The notes under the pieces are model-generated. The model did no database searches. It saw nothing but the letters and a program-made list of their open reading frames with translations, and was not told the origin of the DNA. From the NCBI GenBank assembly GCA_018238155.1, contig JABCTZ010000032.1:64001-128000 (forward strand): 64,000 bases of DNA, read 5' to 3'. The position numbers were made by a program, and so were the translations under genes. Shown piece by piece: positions 27,206 through 37,388 of this stretch. Positions within the stretch are counted from its first letter, which is position 1; every line of letters begins with the position of its first letter. This DNA comes from Candidatus Heimdallarchaeota archaeon. GTDB lineage: Archaea; Asgardarchaeota; Heimdallarchaeia; JABLTI01.

Positions 27206-29245
27206 TTGGTACTCCCAAAAGATTTCAATTTACATGAAAATCGTTTATCCAAAGATTCTTTGGAAAGCATAGAATTTCAATTCGAACGTTTGGGGTTAGA
27301 TTCCAAAGACATAAATATTTTTTTGAAAAGGTTTATTCGAATATCAAACTCAGCGGCATTACCTTCTGATGACTATGAGATTGTGTATTTAGCAGCTAAA
27401 ATTGCCTATATGCTTTCAGATTATGTTTATTTTGAATCAGAAGAATTTTTAGAAAAACAAATGGGAAACGACGGTGCTCGAATTTGGCAAGCCTTAGCCA
27501 AAGCCGCTCAAGGAGATCTTGATGAATCAATTAAAATATTAGAGGATATTAAAAAAATAACTGAAAATTCTGGTGATATTCTTCAACACATAGAAACTCT
27601 CAGTATTCTTGGTCAAATTTGGATTGTTCGAGGTTCCAAAGGTCATTCCAATTTAAATCAGATCATGGAGAGTATCGATAAATTCGAAGAAAAATACAAA
27701 CATTCTTTGCCGGATTTCAATCATATCTTTATGCCTGCTTATTTGCTCAAGGAGCGTTTTATGGCTCTTCAACTTCCACCAAAGGATCTAATTAAAAAAA
27801 TTAACATTATCTACAAAATTGCTGAAGAAATAGGCACTACATATTGGATGACTCATCTTCAATTGGATCTTGCTATAGCTCATTTACAAAATAATGCTGT
27901 AAAAGAAACAAGTGATTTCCTTCAGAAGGCATTTGAAACACTTGAAAATAAAAAATATCTAGCATTAGAAGCAAAAGCAATTAGAGTTCAAGGTACACTA
28001 TTTGAAAAACAAAATAAGAGTGATTTAGCTGAAAAAAAATACTTACAAGCTAAAATAGCATATTCAGAATTGAAGGATCAGATTGGTGTATCCACTTGTA
28101 TCTCGAAATTAGCAAATCTAGCTTTCACTCAAAATCAGCATGATAAAGCTGAACAGTATTTTACTGAATCTTATGCTATCTCTGAATCAATAAGTGATTT
28201 CTATGGTATGACTGTTTCTTTAAATGCACTAGCTGAATTCTCCTCAAAAAAAGGGCAATATGCGGAATCATTTGCAACATATAAACGTGCATTAGAAATG
28301 GCAAAAAATAATTCTTTTGAGCTGCTTCTTCCCTCTATTTATAGTGGTTTAGCTTTTGTCAATTTCATTTCAGGTGATTTCTGGCAGGCTGTAGAAAACA
28401 GAAGTAAAGTTGTCATTTACAAAGAAAAGATGAATACAAGTGAAGAAGAATTACTTTTCGAACATATGAAATTGGGTCAATTGAATGCGATTGTTGGCAA
28501 TTTGGATGCGGCATTTGACGGTTTCGAACAAGCATTAAATTTCTGCATGAAACTTGGTAAAAAAGATGATTTATATTTTGATATTCTTAATTGGCTGTTT
28601 GAAATTTCTACTGCACTTGGAAATTTATCATTAGCAGAAACCTATGTGAGTAGAGCTGACCTTTTCGCTTCAATTCATAATTCTGAAGAGGAAAATGTTC
28701 AAGCTTTAATATCCCGAATACGATTTTTAATTCAAAAAAGAGAACTTGCCAAAGCTGATAGTTATTTAGAAAGCGTTTTTGAGAAAGCACTTGAGTTTCC
28801 ATCAGCATTAACAATGGCATTAGCAATAGTAGAGAAGACTAATGTTTTATTGCTCCAGTATCAAGAAAAAGCTGATGAAAGTCTTTTTGAAGATGCATTG
28901 GGAAAGATGGAAGATATGGTTTTTATTTCATTAGATTTAGAATTTTTACCATTAACTATGTATGCAAAACGTGCTTTAGCAAAAGCTCTTGCTTATAGAA
29001 ATAAATACCAAGAAGGAATTGAAGAAATAGATGAAGCATGTGAATTAGCAGAACAATTGGGTATGGATAAATTTGTTGAAACAATGAGAGACGATCAAGA
29101 TAACTTGAAAAAGAATATGAAAAAAGCAGATACAATGAGTGAGAAAACACTCGAAGAAAAACGACAATCATATTTAAAGGATATTTTTGCAATATTGACA
29201 CAAACTTTCTGGTTAGTAAGTGCATCTGAACATCAACAAATTTGA
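27206..29245 (+). CDS. TPR-repeat protein
   Basis: Repeated LAxLxxxxGxYxxA-type ~40 aa units (NB-ARC/MalT-type TPR). Confidence 0.8.
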   Translation: MVLPKDFNLHENRLSKDSLESIEFQFERLGLDSKDINIFLKRFIRISNSAALPSDDYEIVYLAAKIAYMLSDYVYFESEEFLEKQMGNDGARIWQALAKAAQGDLDESIKILEDIKKITENSGDILQHIETLSILGQIWIVRGSKGHSNLNQIMESIDKFEEKYKHSLPDFNHIFMPAYLLKERFMALQLPPKDLIKKINIIYKIAEEIGTTYWMTHLQLDLAIAHLQNNAVKETSDFLQKAFETLENKKYLALEAKAIRVQGTLFEKQNKSDLAEKKYLQAKIAYSELKDQIGVSTCISKLANLAFTQNQHDKAEQYFTESYAISESISDFYGMTVSLNALAEFSSKKGQYAESFATYKRALEMAKNNSFELLLPSIYSGLAFVNFISGDFWQAVENRSKVVIYKEKMNTSEEELLFEHMKLGQLNAIVGNLDAAFDGFEQALNFCMKLGKKDDLYFDILNWLFEISTALGNLSLAETYVSRADLFASIHNSEEENVQALISRIRFLIQKRELAKADSYLESVFEKALEFPSALTMALAIVEKTNVLLLQYQEKADESLFEDALGKMEDMVFISLDLEFLPLTMYAKRALAKALAYRNKYQEGIEEIDEACELAEQLGMDKFVETMRDDQDNLKKNMKKADTMSEKTLEEKRQSYLKDIFAILTQTFWLVSASEHQQI

Positions 29246-29320
29246 AATTCAGGTTAGAAATTATTTCTAGATACCAGAAGGTTTTTCGGTCGTTTTTTTC
29301 TATACATCACTTGAATTATT

Positions 29321-29611
29321 ATGACTGATTTCGAAATAATTTGCCAAAAAGTAGATGATCTAATCAATTCATTAGGTGGTTACTGGTCTAAAGAATGGTT
29401 GATTGAACCTGTAATTGAAGAACTAGGTGAATTTTCTAAAGAATTACAGATTAGTGCGGGTTTACACCCTAATAAAACAACGACACCAGAAAAACTAATG
29501 GAAGAATATGGTGACTTGCTTTTTGCAGTAATTGCATTAGGCAGAGGACTAAAAATTGAAGTTGAGAAATCGTTGTTAAATACCATTTCGAAATATAATC
29601 AAAGAAAATAG
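29321..29611 (+). CDS. MazG-like nucleotide pyrophosphohydrolase (YpjD-like)
   Basis: GGYW, EELGE, EEYGDLLF, KYNQR. Confidence 0.85.
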   Translation: MTDFEIICQKVDDLINSLGGYWSKEWLIEPVIEELGEFSKELQISAGLHPNKTTTPEKLMEEYGDLLFAVIALGRGLKIEVEKSLLNTISKYNQRK

Positions 29612-29705
29612 CAATTGAATTATAATCAAATAACTTTAAAACTCAGTTTAGTATTGTTTTTGTTTAGAAATCATTGTTTAATATTATGACAAGAGGAATT
29701 GTTCT

Positions 29706-30896
29706 ATGAAAGATGCAGTTTGGAAAATAGCTCAAGAAATTAAATCTGAAATAACTGAAATTAGACGCCAAATTCATATGAATCCAGAGCTTGGTTTTGA
29801 AGAAAAGGAAACATCTGAGCTTGTAGTTAAGGAACTAAAAGAACTTGGAATTGAAGTAAAAGCGAATATTGCAAAATATGGTGTAGTCGGTCTAATTAAA
29901 GGGGGCGCAGGTGATGGTCCAACTATTGGAATTCGCGCTGATATGGATGCATTAGCATTACATGAAGAAAATGATGTCCCATACAAATCTAAAATTGATG
30001 GAAAAATGCATGCGTGTGGTCATGATGCGCACACAGCGATACTCATTGGTGTAGCGAAAATTTTAGTTAAATTGCAAGATAAAATCAAAGGTAACATCAA
30101 ACTATTTTTCCAACCTGCTGAGGAAGGTTTAGGTGGAGCAAAACCTATGGTTGAAGCTGGTGTACTTAAAAACCCAAATGTTTCAGCTGTTATCGCGTTA
30201 CATGTTGATACGGACAATCAAGTTGGTCAAATCCAAGTCAAAGATGGAAGTTTAACTGCAAGTGCAGATGAATTCTGGATTGATATTATTGGAAAAGGCG
30301 GACATGCTGCATATCCACATGAAACTAAAGATCCAATTTTCATTGGTTCTCATTTGGTTAATACTATACAAACAATTGCTTCAAGAAACACTGATCCCGT
30401 CTTTCCTGTTGTTGTTACTGTTGGAACATTTCATGCCGGATCAGCATTCAATATTATCCCCGAAACTGCTCGCTTAACAGGAACAATCAGAGCTTTATTG
30501 CCAGAGGTTAGAGACGAAACACACAAACACCTCCAAAGGATTGTCAAGGGAACCGAAGAAATGTTTGATGTTAAGGTATCTCTTGGAATAAAAAGAGGTT
30601 ATGCACCTGGTATAAATGATGCGGGTCTTAATGTGATATTAAAAGAAGCTGCAATTGAATTGATTGGAACAAAGAATGTAATAGAGACTGAATATCCTGG
30701 GATGGGTGCAGAAGATTTCTTTGATTTCAGTGACAATTATCGCTTGCCTGTAACTATGTTTTGGCTCGGCTCAGGAAATAAAGAAAAGGGCATAACTGCT
30801 CCTGGTCATAATCCTAAATTTGATATTGATGAAAATGCTTTGCCAATAGGGAGCTCTATATTAGCATTAACAGCAATTAAATATTTAAACAAATAA
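29706..30896 (+). CDS. M20D amidohydrolase/carboxypeptidase
   Basis: RRQIHMNPELGFEE, RADMDAL, MHACGHDAH, FQPAEE, GKGGHAA, AEDF, HNPKF. Confidence 0.95.
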   Translation: MKDAVWKIAQEIKSEITEIRRQIHMNPELGFEEKETSELVVKELKELGIEVKANIAKYGVVGLIKGGAGDGPTIGIRADMDALALHEENDVPYKSKIDGKMHACGHDAHTAILIGVAKILVKLQDKIKGNIKLFFQPAEEGLGGAKPMVEAGVLKNPNVSAVIALHVDTDNQVGQIQVKDGSLTASADEFWIDIIGKGGHAAYPHETKDPIFIGSHLVNTIQTIASRNTDPVFPVVVTVGTFHAGSAFNIIPETARLTGTIRALLPEVRDETHKHLQRIVKGTEEMFDVKVSLGIKRGYAPGINDAGLNVILKEAAIELIGTKNVIETEYPGMGAEDFFDFSDNYRLPVTMFWLGSGNKEKGITAPGHNPKFDIDENALPIGSSILALTAIKYLNK

Positions 30897-30906
30897 TTAA
30901 ACATTT

Positions 30907-30940
30907 AAAAAAACCCCTTTCGGGGATTTCTTTCTTTTTA
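30907..30940 (+). terminator. Hairpin plus T-tract
   Basis: CCCC-tttc-GGGG followed by atttctttcttttt. Confidence 0.5.
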
Positions 30941-31039
30941 TCAAAATATCCTCATTAATCAAATTTATATGCAGAATGCTTATACAGTAATATTAAATAA
31001 TCATCAAAACTTCGAGAGAAAAGGATGATGAACTAACCT

Positions 31040-31306
31040 ATGTCAGATAAAGAAATGCAAGTTTCAGAAGCAGATTTGAAAGGCGTTAACCTAAAGGAAA
31101 CACAAACAAAAGCTCAAGAGTCAGATATGAAATTAATGTTCAAATGTGATGATTGTAGTAAGACATATGATTGGCCTTTATGTTGCGGTGAATCAATGGA
31201 ATTAGAGGGCGATAATCTGGTTTGCACAGTAGAAGGTTGCGGGAAATCCATTCCTGTACCAGAATGCGATGGACATAAATGTAAACCATTTATAGCAAAA
31301 TCGTAA
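31040..31306 (+). CDS. Small protein: WH2/beta-thymosin-like N-terminus plus duplicated Cys-rich metal-binding motif
   Basis: MSDK...LKGVNLKETQT; CDDC...PLCCGESM and C....CG...P.P.C.GH.C. Confidence 0.7.
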   Translation: MSDKEMQVSEADLKGVNLKETQTKAQESDMKLMFKCDDCSKTYDWPLCCGESMELEGDNLVCTVEGCGKSIPVPECDGHKCKPFIAKS

Positions 31307-31358
31307 GTGATTGTTTTAATCTAATTCACAATAAAATAGACTATTCCTTACAAGGAAA

Positions 31359-32099
31359 TCAGGGGATTTTTTCCCCACCTTTAAATTTTTGAGTTTGATA
31401 AGATTTTTTGATAATGTCAATAATTTTACTAATTCTTTTGATGGCATAACTTGGTTTGTGATCTTCTTGTATCTTATCTAGATTTACTTTTTGCTCCGGG
31501 TCAAATAAGACACTAACCATTTTCATTTGATTAGCACCAAGTATATCTGTTTCAATTTTATTACCAATATACATAATTCTTGTAGGATCTTTTAAAGATA
31601 ATTTTTCCATTGCACGTTTGAATCCGACATTTGATGGTTTCCATGATTTAGGGTCTTCATTAATTACTACTATCTCAAAAAAATGTTGGAGCCTTAAGTA
31701 GATTAATTTCTCCCATTGTTTCTTCTTCATGCCATCAGATATTACTCCTATTCGATAATCTTTCATTAAAGTAAGCAATGTGAGTACAACATCTGGGAAT
31801 GGATGTAGCAATGTAGTTTTTGTTTTGTGATATGCAACTACAGCTGCTGCAATCAGTTTTGGATGGACCTCAAATCCAAGTTCCTCAATTAATCTATCAA
31901 AGTGATTAGGATAATTAGAACCATATTTCTTTACAATTTCCAGTAAATGATTAAATGCTATCTTTCTATCGATTTCTAATCCTGCTTCTCGCAAAGCTCT
32001 GATAGCATTCATTCTTGCTGTTTGGGACATCAATGTACTATTGAAAAGTGTATCATCGATATCAAATAACATCGCATCGAATTTTCTGAGTTCAGTCAA
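31359..32099 (-). CDS. HAD hydrolase (archaeal TIGR02253-like)
   Basis: LFDIDDTL, YGSNY..HF, ISDG...QWEKL, KP, IGNK.ETDI.GA. Confidence 0.9.
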   Translation of the reverse strand: MTELRKFDAMLFDIDDTLFNSTLMSQTARMNAIRALREAGLEIDRKIAFNHLLEIVKKYGSNYPNHFDRLIEELGFEVHPKLIAAAVVAYHKTKTTLLHPFPDVVLTLLTLMKDYRIGVISDGMKKKQWEKLIYLRLQHFFEIVVINEDPKSWKPSNVGFKRAMEKLSLKDPTRIMYIGNKIETDILGANQMKMVSVLFDPEQKVNLDKIQEDHKPSYAIKRISKIIDIIKKSYQTQKFKGGEKIP

Positions 32100-32171
32100 A
32101 CTGTAGCAACCTTAGTTATTAATCTCTAATAGATACTTAACAATTATTAAAGAAAGAAAGTAGAAAGAAGA

Positions 32172-32828
32172 TTATCCTTTTTTGATAGCATCTTCTTCAT
32201 CTGGGTGTCTAAAGAGCTCACCTTTAATATATTTTCTAGCACGTTCTTCGTATTTCTCTTGACAAATTGGACCGTCAAAGTACCGTTTTCTACCAAGGAT
32301 CGCTTTTGAAAATACTTCGCCTGAAAATTCTCGATGACAATAATCGCATCGTATAACCAAATTTATGGGTGAACTCGGAAGTTCAATAGTTTTACACAAA
32401 AATGTCTCAAGATTAATTGATGAAACAAGTTCAATAACTGATTCCCCTGGTAAAGAGTTAATGTGTTTGATAAAGTCCAATTTATTTCTATCATGCATGT
32501 TGTGTGTTACAACAATTAGATTGTAATGTCCAGAGGAAATTGTCATATTAGCGATAAATGGACTTTCAAATAATTTTTTTGCAACATCATCTAAATGACT
32601 TGGTTTGATTTTTAGCAGGAAAGTCATCGAAGTTCCTTTCATAATCATATTTTCATCAAGAATAATTGTGAATTTTTCAATCAAACCTGTATCGATGTAC
32701 TTCTGTATTCGTGTTTTGATAGACGGAATTGTTAAATTTGTCTCTCGAGCGAGGGCTGCATAGCTTGTTCTCGAATTCTCGATTAAAGTTGTCAATATTC
32801 GTAAATCTGTTTTGTCCAATTTGTGCAT
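32172..32828 (-). CDS. Lrp/AsnC-family regulator with C-terminal TRASH-like domain
   Basis: LDKTDLRIL...NSRTSY..LA HTH, RAM-like middle, CDYC...RYFDGPIC...Y. Confidence 0.85.
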   Translation of the reverse strand: MHKLDKTDLRILTTLIENSRTSYAALARETNLTIPSIKTRIQKYIDTGLIEKFTIILDENMIMKGTSMTFLLKIKPSHLDDVAKKLFESPFIANMTISSGHYNLIVVTHNMHDRNKLDFIKHINSLPGESVIELVSSINLETFLCKTIELPSSPINLVIRCDYCHREFSGEVFSKAILGRKRYFDGPICQEKYEERARKYIKGELFRHPDEEDAIKKG

Positions 32829-33009
32829 TCAATTGCCCTCTGGAAAATAGTATTACTTCAGTTTTTTATTAATCCTTTGGATATAATTCTTCATGATTAT
32901 TAATACTTTTTTGAAAACCATTTAAATATTATTAATTTTCATTAAAATCATCGCAATTTATTCCACAAAATGATGTGTAATTGATTCGACAAATCTGAGA
33001 TGACTTTGA

Positions 33010-34044
33010 ATGAAAAAAATTGACCTTCGTAGTGATACGGTTACTTTACCTACCGAAGAAATGTATGAAGCAATGAGAGCCGCAAATCTTGGTGATGATG
33101 TCTATAGAGAAGATCCAACAGCATTAGAACTACAAGAAAAAGCAGCAAAACTTTTGGGAAAAGAAGCAGCCCTTTTTGTTAGTTCTGGAACAATGGGAAA
33201 TATTTGTGGTGTTGTCGGGCAAACTAAACGTGGAGATGAAATAATTCTTGAACAAAATTCGCATATTTTCCAATTTGAGCAAGGCTCCTCTGCAGTAATT
33301 GGTGGGGTTCATACTAAGACCGTTCCCGGAAAAGAAGGATTCTTAATAACTCCAGAAATGTTGGAAGCAGCTATTAGATCTCCTGACTCTCATCACCCAA
33401 TTTCTTCCCTCGTATCATTAGAAAATACTCATAACTTATCTGGTGGGAAAATTTGGTCAATCGAACAAACACAAGATTTAATCAAAACAGCAAAAAAACA
33501 CCATTTAAAAGTTCATATTGATGGAGCGAGGATTTTTAATGCCGCAGTAGGTTTGGGTGTGCCTGCACACGAGTTAGTTAAAGGCGCTGATAGTGTTATG
33601 TTTTGTTTAAGTAAAGGATTAGCCTGTCCTATAGGTTCTATTGTTGCAGGAAGTCAAGATTTTATTGATCAAGCTTATCGTGTTAGAAAATTATTAGGTG
33701 GAGGAATGCGACAAGTAGGCATAATTGCCGCACCTGGAATAGTTGCTTTAGATACTATGATTGATCGATTAGCAGATGACCATGCAAATTCAAGGATTCT
33801 TGCTAAAGGTTTGTCTGCAATAGAGGGAATTACTGTACGTGAAAGTCAAACAAATTTACTATTTATTGACATTGGTGGTTTTGGTGTAACCAGACAGCAA
33901 TTCAAAACGAATTTAGCAAAAAATGGTATAATTGTAAGTAGCAGATGGGATACTGAATTTCGTCTTGTAACTCACTATGGTATTGAAAAAGAAGACGTAG
34001 AATTTGTTATAGAAACTATTGATAATTTGAAAAGTAAAAAATGA
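33010..34044 (+). CDS. ltaE: Low-specificity L-threonine aldolase
   Basis: IDLRSDTVTLPT, GDDVYREDPT, SGTMGN, ENTHN, HIDGARIFNA, CLSKGL, GGGMRQ. Confidence 0.95.
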   Translation: MKKIDLRSDTVTLPTEEMYEAMRAANLGDDVYREDPTALELQEKAAKLLGKEAALFVSSGTMGNICGVVGQTKRGDEIILEQNSHIFQFEQGSSAVIGGVHTKTVPGKEGFLITPEMLEAAIRSPDSHHPISSLVSLENTHNLSGGKIWSIEQTQDLIKTAKKHHLKVHIDGARIFNAAVGLGVPAHELVKGADSVMFCLSKGLACPIGSIVAGSQDFIDQAYRVRKLLGGGMRQVGIIAAPGIVALDTMIDRLADDHANSRILAKGLSAIEGITVRESQTNLLFIDIGGFGVTRQQFKTNLAKNGIIVSSRWDTEFRLVTHYGIEKEDVEFVIETIDNLKSKK

Positions 34045-34195
34045 TCACCAATTTAATTCAATATTCACCCCGAAAAGAATTAAATAGTGACGAACCATCT
34101 AAAAAATGACTCTGAAGTAAATCAGAATCAGTAGTAATTATATCTATGCGATTGAAATATCATCGTACCAAAAATAGCCTCGTTGGGAATAGTCA

Positions 34196-35287
34196 ATGAC
34201 AAAAATCTTTGTAACTGGTGCCTCAGGTCAAGTGGGTAGTCGAGTTGCGGAATATATAGTAAAAGAGAAGCTGTTAGGAATTGCGAGGGGAAAGGATGTT
34301 ATCTGTTTAGTAAGGAATCCTGATAAAGCTAATTTTTTGAAAGAGCTTGGTGTTACCATTATAAAAGGGGGCTTACAAGATAGCGATACAATTTCCTCAA
34401 TTATGGATAATGGTGTAGAATTTGTTTTTCATGTGGCAGCAAATTGCTTGTTGAATCAATCATATATGGAAATGTATATCCCCAATGTTCTTGGAACAAG
34501 GATTATGCTAGATGCTTTTATTAAATCAAAAGCAAGATGTTTTGTTCATACTAGTTCGATTGCCGTCTATTCTGTTTTTTTAGGTCGAAAAAAAGTCTAT
34601 AATATTGATGAAAATCATTCAATAGGTTCCTTAAAAGGAGATCCATATGCAGTTACAAAAAGAATAGCTGAAAATCTTGTCTCTTACTATTCGGAAAGAA
34701 ACACTGGGAAATATTTCATAACTACTAGACTAGGTCCAATAATAGGTGCAAGAGATAAACAAACTGTTCCTACCTTAGTTGATATACTGTCGTATAGATT
34801 CTTGCCAAAACTAATTAATGGTGGCAAAGATTTGTTTTCAATTACTTCTCCTTATGATGTCGCTCGTGCTCAAGTTTTTCTAGCTTCTAGAGCAAAATCT
34901 GTCTCAGGTCAAATATTCAATGTTGCAAGGGATTCAACGAATTACCGTCAAATGATGGCTGTAATAGCAAATTATTATCACAGAAAACCACCAACTTTTT
35001 CTATGAAATATTGGTTTTTTAAATTTACACTACCATTTTTAAAAATGCTAAGAACTATCTTTCCACATGTTCAATTAATTAAAAATGCGACTTCTCCGGT
35101 TTCAGTTAATTATATTGGAAAAAGTTACATATACAGTTCAGAGAAAATCAAAAAAATTGGTTTTGAATTTGTTGTATCTCCTGAAGAAGCTATTATTGAA
35201 TGTTTAGAACATTTAGACCCCGAAAAGAAACTGTTAAAGGTTGGTAAGAATAAAAAAAATGATTTAAGAGTAGATGACATAAACTAG
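34196..35287 (+). CDS. Extended SDR / NAD-dependent epimerase-dehydratase (3beta-HSD-like)
   Basis: VTGASGQVG, VFHVAA, NVLGT, HTSS, YAVTK. Confidence 0.88.
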   Translation: MTKIFVTGASGQVGSRVAEYIVKEKLLGIARGKDVICLVRNPDKANFLKELGVTIIKGGLQDSDTISSIMDNGVEFVFHVAANCLLNQSYMEMYIPNVLGTRIMLDAFIKSKARCFVHTSSIAVYSVFLGRKKVYNIDENHSIGSLKGDPYAVTKRIAENLVSYYSERNTGKYFITTRLGPIIGARDKQTVPTLVDILSYRFLPKLINGGKDLFSITSPYDVARAQVFLASRAKSVSGQIFNVARDSTNYRQMMAVIANYYHRKPPTFSMKYWFFKFTLPFLKMLRTIFPHVQLIKNATSPVSVNYIGKSYIYSSEKIKKIGFEFVVSPEEAIIECLEHLDPEKKLLKVGKNKKNDLRVDDIN

Positions 35288-35360
35288 CTAGCTGCAATTG
35301 TTAGTAGAATCTTACAAATATTTTTCAAAGTGAATGAAACTTTAGATTTTGTGAAAAATA

Positions 35361-36083
35361 ATGATAAAATGCATCTCCTTCGATTTTGATAGAACTTTAG
35401 CTTACGTTCGACCACAAACCCATCATTTAGTACCAAAGCTACTAACTGAAAAAGGAATAAACATTTCTGCTGATGAATTTTTAAAAAAATGTGTAGAACT
35501 TCGTCAGAATATACCTGTTCATTTACAAGATCATTATTTTCGATTTGGTAGTCTCTCTAAGAAATTACGAACAGCTTTCTTAAAGGAATATAATAAAGCT
35601 CGAATTGATATGCTTGAACTTTCTGGCGATCAAAAAGAAGTTGATACATTGAAAGAATGGTTAACAAATCAAATCTATTTACAACAGAATAAAGTACTTT
35701 ATGATGACATTGTCGATGTGGTAAAACAATTGGGCAACTTAGGGATAAGACAATATATTCTTTCTGGAAACCATTCTGATGGCATCATTGAGTTACTTGA
35801 AAAATCAAATATCTTGCAATATTTTGAAGAAATAATTACTGTTGACAAATACTTTGATAAAAAAATCGCTAATTTCAGAATTTTACTTGAACATTCTCAT
35901 TTTAGCCCACAAGAGATTCTTCACATTGGTGATGATTTAGTAACTGATGGATATGGTCCTAGAGATTATCAAATAAAATCAATTATCATCCGTAGATCTA
36001 ATCAACTCGATTTTCTTGCAAAACACGATGAAAATTTTCAAGTTATAACAAAATTAAATGAATTAGTTAAATTCCTTGATTGA
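35361..36083 (+). CDS. HAD-family hydrolase
   Basis: FDFDRTL, ILSG, HIGDD..TD..G. Confidence 0.85.
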   Translation: MIKCISFDFDRTLAYVRPQTHHLVPKLLTEKGINISADEFLKKCVELRQNIPVHLQDHYFRFGSLSKKLRTAFLKEYNKARIDMLELSGDQKEVDTLKEWLTNQIYLQQNKVLYDDIVDVVKQLGNLGIRQYILSGNHSDGIIELLEKSNILQYFEEIITVDKYFDKKIANFRILLEHSHFSPQEILHIGDDLVTDGYGPRDYQIKSIIIRRSNQLDFLAKHDENFQVITKLNELVKFLD

Positions 36084-36319
36084 TTATTTGTGGTGTAAAC
36101 CGATTGTAAAACAAGCTTTAATTGATTTATTCCCATTGTTATCTATTTATTCTATTAGATTGAATTTTTTTTATATAAACTTTTTTTCAATCATTAAACA
36201 TTTGCTTAAACATAAATCACTAAAATTCACTCTTCCTTGAATATAATATTCAGATAACAAATATTAAATATACAATGTATCATAACAAGTCAAAATTCCT
36301 AATAAAGTAATATCGGGGA

Positions 36320-37387
36320 ATGACAAACATGCTTTCAAAAATCATCTCGAGACAAGATTTACCAAAACTTGTAGATGCATTAGCTAAAGATTACCTTGTC
36401 ATCGCTCCCACATACGAAAAAAACGTTCCTACATTCTCTGAGGTAGAAAGTTCTTCAGAAGTGGAATTTGATATTCTTTTCAATGAAAAATTGCCAATGC
36501 TTCCGCCAAAGAAGGTATTCCTTCCTCCGAAGCAAACCATATTTAGATACAGCCTAACTAAGGGTGTAACAGATAGTTGTGCTGATATTTCAGATGCAGT
36601 TTCTCATAACAAGAATATAGTAATTTTTGGAGCGAGTCCATGTGATGTCACTGGCGTGGGTGTATTAAAGCGAATATTCAAGGATAATTATAGTGATGAT
36701 GTATTCCTACATGTGTATAATAAAACAACAATAATTAGCGTGAACTGTTTAGATCACTGCTATGAAAATTGCTTCTGTGAAACAATGTCAGCAAATGATC
36801 CAAAAAGTGGTTTTGATATTATGCTTACAGAAATTTCCAAGTCAAAATTAATCGCAGTACCAAATTCTGACAAAGGAAAACAAATATTACGAAATTATCC
36901 AGAAATCTTTACAAAAATAACTGAAGAAGACTCAGTAGCATATTCTGATGCATTAAAATTAAAGAATAAAAATTTCAAAACTGAATTTCCTGTTGAAGGA
37001 CTGGCAAGTCATGTTGAAGATAGTTTTGAATCAAAAATTTGGGAAGAATTTGCCCAAAAATGTTTGTTCTGCGGATCCTGTACATTCGTTTGTCCAACTT
37101 GTTATTGTTATAGTGTTAAAGATACAGTTTCAGTTGATTTGAAAGATGGCGAAAGACAGAGAGAGTGGGATTCATGTTATTTCCCTGAATTTGCACTTGT
37201 AGCAGGCAATCATAATTTCCGAGAAACAAAGGAACAACGCTTCAGATATCGGTACTTACACAAATTTGTTGATCTTCCCAGAAGATATAACTTCGAAGGT
37301 TGTGTTGGTTGTGGACGCTGTGTAACTTACTGCCCAGCTAATATTGATGTAAGAGATGTTCTAAAAAAAGTTAGAGGTGTAATGTAA
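36320..37387 (+). CDS. hydB: Group 3b [NiFe] hydrogenase (sulfhydrogenase) beta subunit
   Basis: PKKVFLPP, PCD, CFC, CLFCGSCTFVCPTCYC, WDSC, CVGCGRCVTYCP. Confidence 0.93.
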   Translation: MTNMLSKIISRQDLPKLVDALAKDYLVIAPTYEKNVPTFSEVESSSEVEFDILFNEKLPMLPPKKVFLPPKQTIFRYSLTKGVTDSCADISDAVSHNKNIVIFGASPCDVTGVGVLKRIFKDNYSDDVFLHVYNKTTIISVNCLDHCYENCFCETMSANDPKSGFDIMLTEISKSKLIAVPNSDKGKQILRNYPEIFTKITEEDSVAYSDALKLKNKNFKTEFPVEGLASHVEDSFESKIWEEFAQKCLFCGSCTFVCPTCYCYSVKDTVSVDLKDGERQREWDSCYFPEFALVAGNHNFRETKEQRFRYRYLHKFVDLPRRYNFEGCVGCGRCVTYCPANIDVRDVLKKVRGVM

Positions 37388-37388
37388 T

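Noticed and set aside
34087-34131. Possible C/D-box sRNA (GTGACGA...ATGA...CTGA)
   Set aside because: Box spacing is wrong and there is no terminal D box at the expected position
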